From contig CAVXAH010000001.1 in assembly GCA_963759775.1 (NCBI GenBank), forward strand, positions 464,682 to 528,681: a DNA stretch of 64,000 bases, written 5' to 3'. A model generated the notes under the pieces. The model was not told the DNA's origin, made no database searches, and worked only from the letters and a program-made list of their open reading frames with translations. Below, piece by piece: positions 60,990-64,000 of the stretch. The number at the start of each line of letters is the position of its first letter. Within the stretch, counting starts at the first letter, position 1. The stretch comes from an uncultured bacterium. GTDB taxonomy: Bacteria > Patescibacteriota > Minisyncoccia > Phycocordibacterales > Phycocordibacteraceae. A program made the translations under genes and the position numbers.

Positions 60990-61223
60990 AGTTCACCAAA
61001 AATTCGCAAAAGATAAACGTACACTCCACCGGCTACGGGACGTGAGTGAGGTAACACCAACAACTGGTATGTTGTTGGTGTTCGCCGAACGAACGTGCCG
61101 TATCGTAATCGATACGGCCTCTTCATCGCCAAGAATATTGTGGAAGCTCACCATGGCACCATTCGCGCCGAGTCCGAAGGGCAAGGGAAGGGCACGGCCT
61201 TCATCGTTGAGCTTCCAGCATAA
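60990..61223 (+). pseudogene. Remnant of a histidine-kinase 3' end (HATPase G2 box to stop), interrupted by a ~78-nt hairpin-rich insert
   Basis: Encodes ..FT(KN)SQKINVHSTGYG | insert 61040-61117 | [34 protein letters not shown]. It is near-identical to 60210-60387 at the nucleotide level and has no upstream kinase body. Confidence 0.8.
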
Positions 61224-61254
61224 CCACTGCTTCGCGGTGGTAGACTAGAACCCA

Positions 61255-63015
61255 ATGCCAGGTGCATCCAAGTGGGCCCATTTCAAAGAGGTTTTTCTTT
61301 TTTGGTCTGATCGTTTGCTTGATATTTTCATTTTTGGCGTCTTTACGCTTGCCGTTTTCGCCGCGCCAGCCGTGAGCGTGTATCAGTATTTTCGTCAGGT
61401 GGTGCCACAAGGATGCACTCCGCTTCTTGGCGTCGGTGGGGAAGACCTACATGCCGTTGCGTACTACGTACACATAGTGCCCATCATGGTGCTTCTCTTG
61501 GTGGCAGGCTTCATCCTCGTTTCTTCACACGAAGGCAGAACAAAGAGAATATTTGCATTATTTGTAGGCGCCTTTTCGCTCTGGCTTGTTGGCGACCTCA
61601 TCACCTGGGTTTCGGGAAACGAGGCGGCACTCTACGCGGCGCAGACGACACTCAGTTTTCTTGAGATAGCCTTTTTTGTCCTCGGCGCATATTTTGCCGC
61701 ACTGCTTCTCTATGGCGGACGCGTACCCACATTCCTTCGACTTCTGTTTCCGCTCATCCTTCTTGCGCCTCTCCTGGTCATATTTAACGGCAATCTGACT
61801 TCCGGATTCTTCCATGGGCTCTGCAATCCCTTCGGGCACGGCATCCTCGCCGCGTATCCGCTTTATGCAGAGGTCATCATCTTGGGGCTTCTCGCGTATT
61901 TCTGGGCGCGCGTTCCGTACTCCACGTTTCCCTCAAAACCCCTCTACGCAATCATCGCCTCGCTCTTTATGTTTCTCGGTACCTTTGCGATAGGCTCGTT
62001 CGTCGTGTGGCTCACTTCCCATCACGAGTTCCTTTTTTACGGATTGCTTGCCCTCCCTGTGTTTCTCATTGTTCTTGTGTATTCAATAACGAACCTTGAG
62101 CTCTTCCGCGTACAGTCGTTTGGTATACAGGTTTTGATTTATCTTATTCTGCTTCTCATCTCGGCCCAGTTCCTTTTCGTGGACTCTCTTAAGGACCAGC
62201 TTTTGATAGGCATTACGCTTGTTTTCACCGCGATTTTCGGCTATCTCTTCCAGCAAAGTGCGCTTCGCGAGGTCGTACAGCGCCACAAAATAGAAGTGCT
62301 TGCCGGAGACTTAAAAGACACCAATCAGCGTCAGGAGTCACTCATTCACTTCGTGGGGCACGAAGTGAAAGGGTTCCTCACGAAGGACCAAGGAGCTTTC
62401 GCAGAGCTCGCCGAAGGCGACTTAGGCCCGCTCCCACAAGGAGCGAAGTCATTTGCGGAAACGGCGCTCTCGGGTACCCGCGATGCCGTACGCTCTATCA
62501 GCGACATTCTTGCCGCTTCCAACCTGAAAAAAGGCACAACGACGTTTCAAATGGTGGCGTTTGATCTGAAAAAAGTAATTGCCGAGGCGGTTGAAAAGGC
62601 CCAAGGGATGGCGAAACAGAAGGGACTTGCGCTTTCATTTGCCGTTCCAGACTTGGTTTCGCCCTACCTGCTTCAGGGCGACCCAGGACAGCTCGGCGAT
62701 CACGTATTTCGCAATATAATAGAAAACGCAATTAACTACACACCATCAGGCTTTGTGCAGACATCTCTCAAAAAAGAAGAAAGCAAATATGTCTTTACGG
62801 TGAAAGACACGGGCGTTGGAATCACGGACGAAGATAAAAAGCATCTCTTCACCGAAGGCGGCCACGGCAAGGACTCGCAGAAAATAAACGTGCACTCAAC
62901 CGGCTATGGTCTCTTTATTGCGAAGAACATTGTAGAAGCCCACCGAGGTACTATCCGCGTGGAATCAGAAGGGGAGGGCAAAGGCACCACCTTCATAGTT
63001 GAATTGCCGGTATAG
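61255..63015 (+). CDS. Sensor histidine kinase with an N-terminal ~8 TM domain (paralog 2)
   Basis: Collinear with the 58765-60387 product ([76 protein letters not shown]). Confidence 0.9.
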   Translation: MPGASKWAHFKEVFLFWSDRLLDIFIFGVFTLAVFAAPAVSVYQYFRQVVPQGCTPLLGVGGEDLHAVAYYVHIVPIMVLLLVAGFILVSSHEGRTKRIFALFVGAFSLWLVGDLITWVSGNEAALYAAQTTLSFLEIAFFVLGAYFAALLLYGGRVPTFLRLLFPLILLAPLLVIFNGNLTSGFFHGLCNPFGHGILAAYPLYAEVIILGLLAYFWARVPYSTFPSKPLYAIIASLFMFLGTFAIGSFVVWLTSHHEFLFYGLLALPVFLIVLVYSITNLELFRVQSFGIQVLIYLILLLISAQFLFVDSLKDQLLIGITLVFTAIFGYLFQQSALREVVQRHKIEVLAGDLKDTNQRQESLIHFVGHEVKGFLTKDQGAFAELAEGDLGPLPQGAKSFAETALSGTRDAVRSISDILAASNLKKGTTTFQMVAFDLKKVIAEAVEKAQGMAKQKGLALSFAVPDLVSPYLLQGDPGQLGDHVFRNIIENAINYTPSGFVQTSLKKEESKYVFTVKDTGVGITDEDKKHLFTEGGHGKDSQKINVHSTGYGLFIAKNIVEAHRGTIRVESEGEGKGTTFIVELPV

Positions 63016-63058
63016 CTCGTTCATCAGTTCTTACGGTACGTACTGATACCCTACGTTG

Positions 63059-63469
63059 ATGCTTAAAGTTATCGCAGGTATTGCGGTCGTGTTTCTCTTT
63101 TTCTACACAATCTTAATGATTGGAGAAAAACCACTTGAAACATCTGTCCGTCCCGAAGCAGTTTTCGTTGGTCCCACGTTCGCGCTCCCCGCAGTATCTG
63201 GCTCTTTTGATGCATCTGGAACTATTGAATACACACAAAACAGTACGGGACAGGAAATCCCGTATTTGGTATATCGTCTCGCCAATGGGGAAGTCATGAC
63301 CAAAGCAATCGTCTTTGGAAATGGGAGCGACTGCGAGACGAAAAGCGGCTGGTACCCGTGCCCTTTGATTGAAGATTCGCTACAACTGTACTTTGGCGTG
63401 GGGCCGGTTCGTATGGAAGGAACGATTGTCTCCGAACATGTAGTTGTGACGCGTATGACGCTTGTATAA
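63059..63469 (+). CDS. Membrane-anchored hypothetical protein
   Basis: N-terminal TM VIAGIAVVFLFFYTILMI. About 110-aa ectodomain. Confidence 0.5.
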   Translation: MLKVIAGIAVVFLFFYTILMIGEKPLETSVRPEAVFVGPTFALPAVSGSFDASGTIEYTQNSTGQEIPYLVYRLANGEVMTKAIVFGNGSDCETKSGWYPCPLIEDSLQLYFGVGPVRMEGTIVSEHVVVTRMTLV

Positions 63470-63495
63470 AGCGTGCGTGCTACAATCCCCCACAA

Positions 63496-64000
63496 ATGGA
63501 ATCCGCGCTCTCCATAAAAAATCTAGAAAAGACGTACGCAACCGGCACCCACGCCCTCAAAGAAGTATCGCTTGAAATACCGAAAGGCGATTTCTTCGCG
63601 CTTCTTGGCCCCAACGGTGCAGGGAAGACGACACTCATTGGTATTGTGACCGGGCTTGTCTCAAAGACAGGCGGAAAAGTTGAAGTTTTTGGTGTTGATA
63701 TGGACAAGGAGCCTGAAAACGCGCGCGTCCACGTGGGTGTGGTGCCACAGAACCTCAACATCGACTATTTCGGCAAAGTGCTCGATATCATTGTGAACCA
63801 GGCCGGCTATTACGGTATTCCGCGCTCCGTTGCGATTCCTCGCGCAGAAGAAATATTGAAAGGCCTTGCTCTCTACGAGAAACGATTTGATGCGGTGCGC
63901 ACGCTCTCGGGCGGGATGCAGAGACGTCTCATGGTTGCGCGCGCACTTATTCATGAGCCCGCGTTCCTTATTCTTGATGAGCCAACCGCCGGCGTTGATG
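63496..64000 (+). CDS. ABC transporter ATP-binding protein, 5' part (runs off the window end and is absent from the ORF track)
   Basis: My own translation from ATG 63496: MESALSIKNLEKTYATGTHALKEVSLEIPKGDFFALLGPNGAGKTTL...LSGGMQRRLMVARALIHEPAFLILDEPTAGVD (Walker A, signature, Walker B). TACAAT box 9 nt upstream. Confidence 0.85.
   Translation, partial: MESALSIKNLEKTYATGTHALKEVSLEIPKGDFFALLGPNGAGKTTLIGIVTGLVSKTGGKVEVFGVDMDKEPENARVHVGVVPQNLNIDYFGKVLDIIVNQAGYYGIPRSVAIPRAEEILKGLALYEKRFDAVRTLSGGMQRRLMVARALIHEPAFLILDEPTAGVD

Noticed and set aside
60524-61132. A 202-aa minus-strand ORF spanning the TA cassette.
   Set aside because: It overlaps both phd and relE, which have clear family signatures, a promoter and an operator. 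Its product is Arg-rich with no motifs.
1-64000. CRISPR arrays, rRNA genes, integrases, transposases or prophage blocks.
   Set aside because: I saw no regularly spaced short direct repeats, no rRNA-like conserved stretches, and no ORF with integrase, transposase, terminase or capsid motifs while reading both strands.

Overview
This 64-kb window looks like a small-genome, probably CPR/Patescibacteria (Parcubacteria-like) bacterium. That placement is an inference from gene content: a shortened RF2, GW-repeat surface proteins, DUF5667-type anti-sigma proteins, a giant tail-fibre-like protein and many membrane-anchored hypothetical proteins. I support about 75 protein genes, 5 tRNAs, 2 type II toxin-antitoxin pairs, 2 frameshifted genes and 1 gene remnant. 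No rRNA, CRISPR array, integrase, transposase or reverse transcriptase was seen. Housekeeping genes are gatA (3' end), prfB, ftsE, ftsX, pyrG, a pseudouridine synthase, an ABC-F ATPase and alkB.

The most interesting items are:
1. 47.9-56.6 kb: an NRPS-independent cluster with an SbnA/SbnB pair (L-2,3-diaminopropionate route), an EctB-like class-III aminotransferase, a KamA-like radical-SAM aminomutase, two ATP-grasp ligases, a C39-like cysteine peptidase, and an MFS exporter with a structured, terminator-containing leader.
2. 14.8-19.4 kb: a two-component operon with three small-molecule enzymes between the regulator and the kinase. They are a GAMT-family guanidino N-methyltransferase, an AdoMetDC-fold pyruvoyl decarboxylase and a GNAT-like acyltransferase.
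3. 19.7-31.3 kb: an 11-kb translationally coupled operon headed by a 2252-aa tail-fibre-like protein. That protein has an endosialidase-type intramolecular chaperone domain and a 1.74-kb internal tandem duplication.
4. A tRNA-Thr(GGU) interrupted by a 180-nt group I intron, with a free-standing HNH endonuclease next to it.
5. tRNA leaders whose hairpins copy the acceptor stem of the tRNA they precede, plus scattered tRNA-end fragments.
6. A Phd/RelE cassette sitting between tandem histidine-kinase paralogs and followed by a duplicated kinase 3' end.
7. Widespread -10 boxes 6-9 nt upstream of ATG codons, which suggests leaderless mRNAs.

All functional calls come from motif recognition by eye. 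No database search was run.
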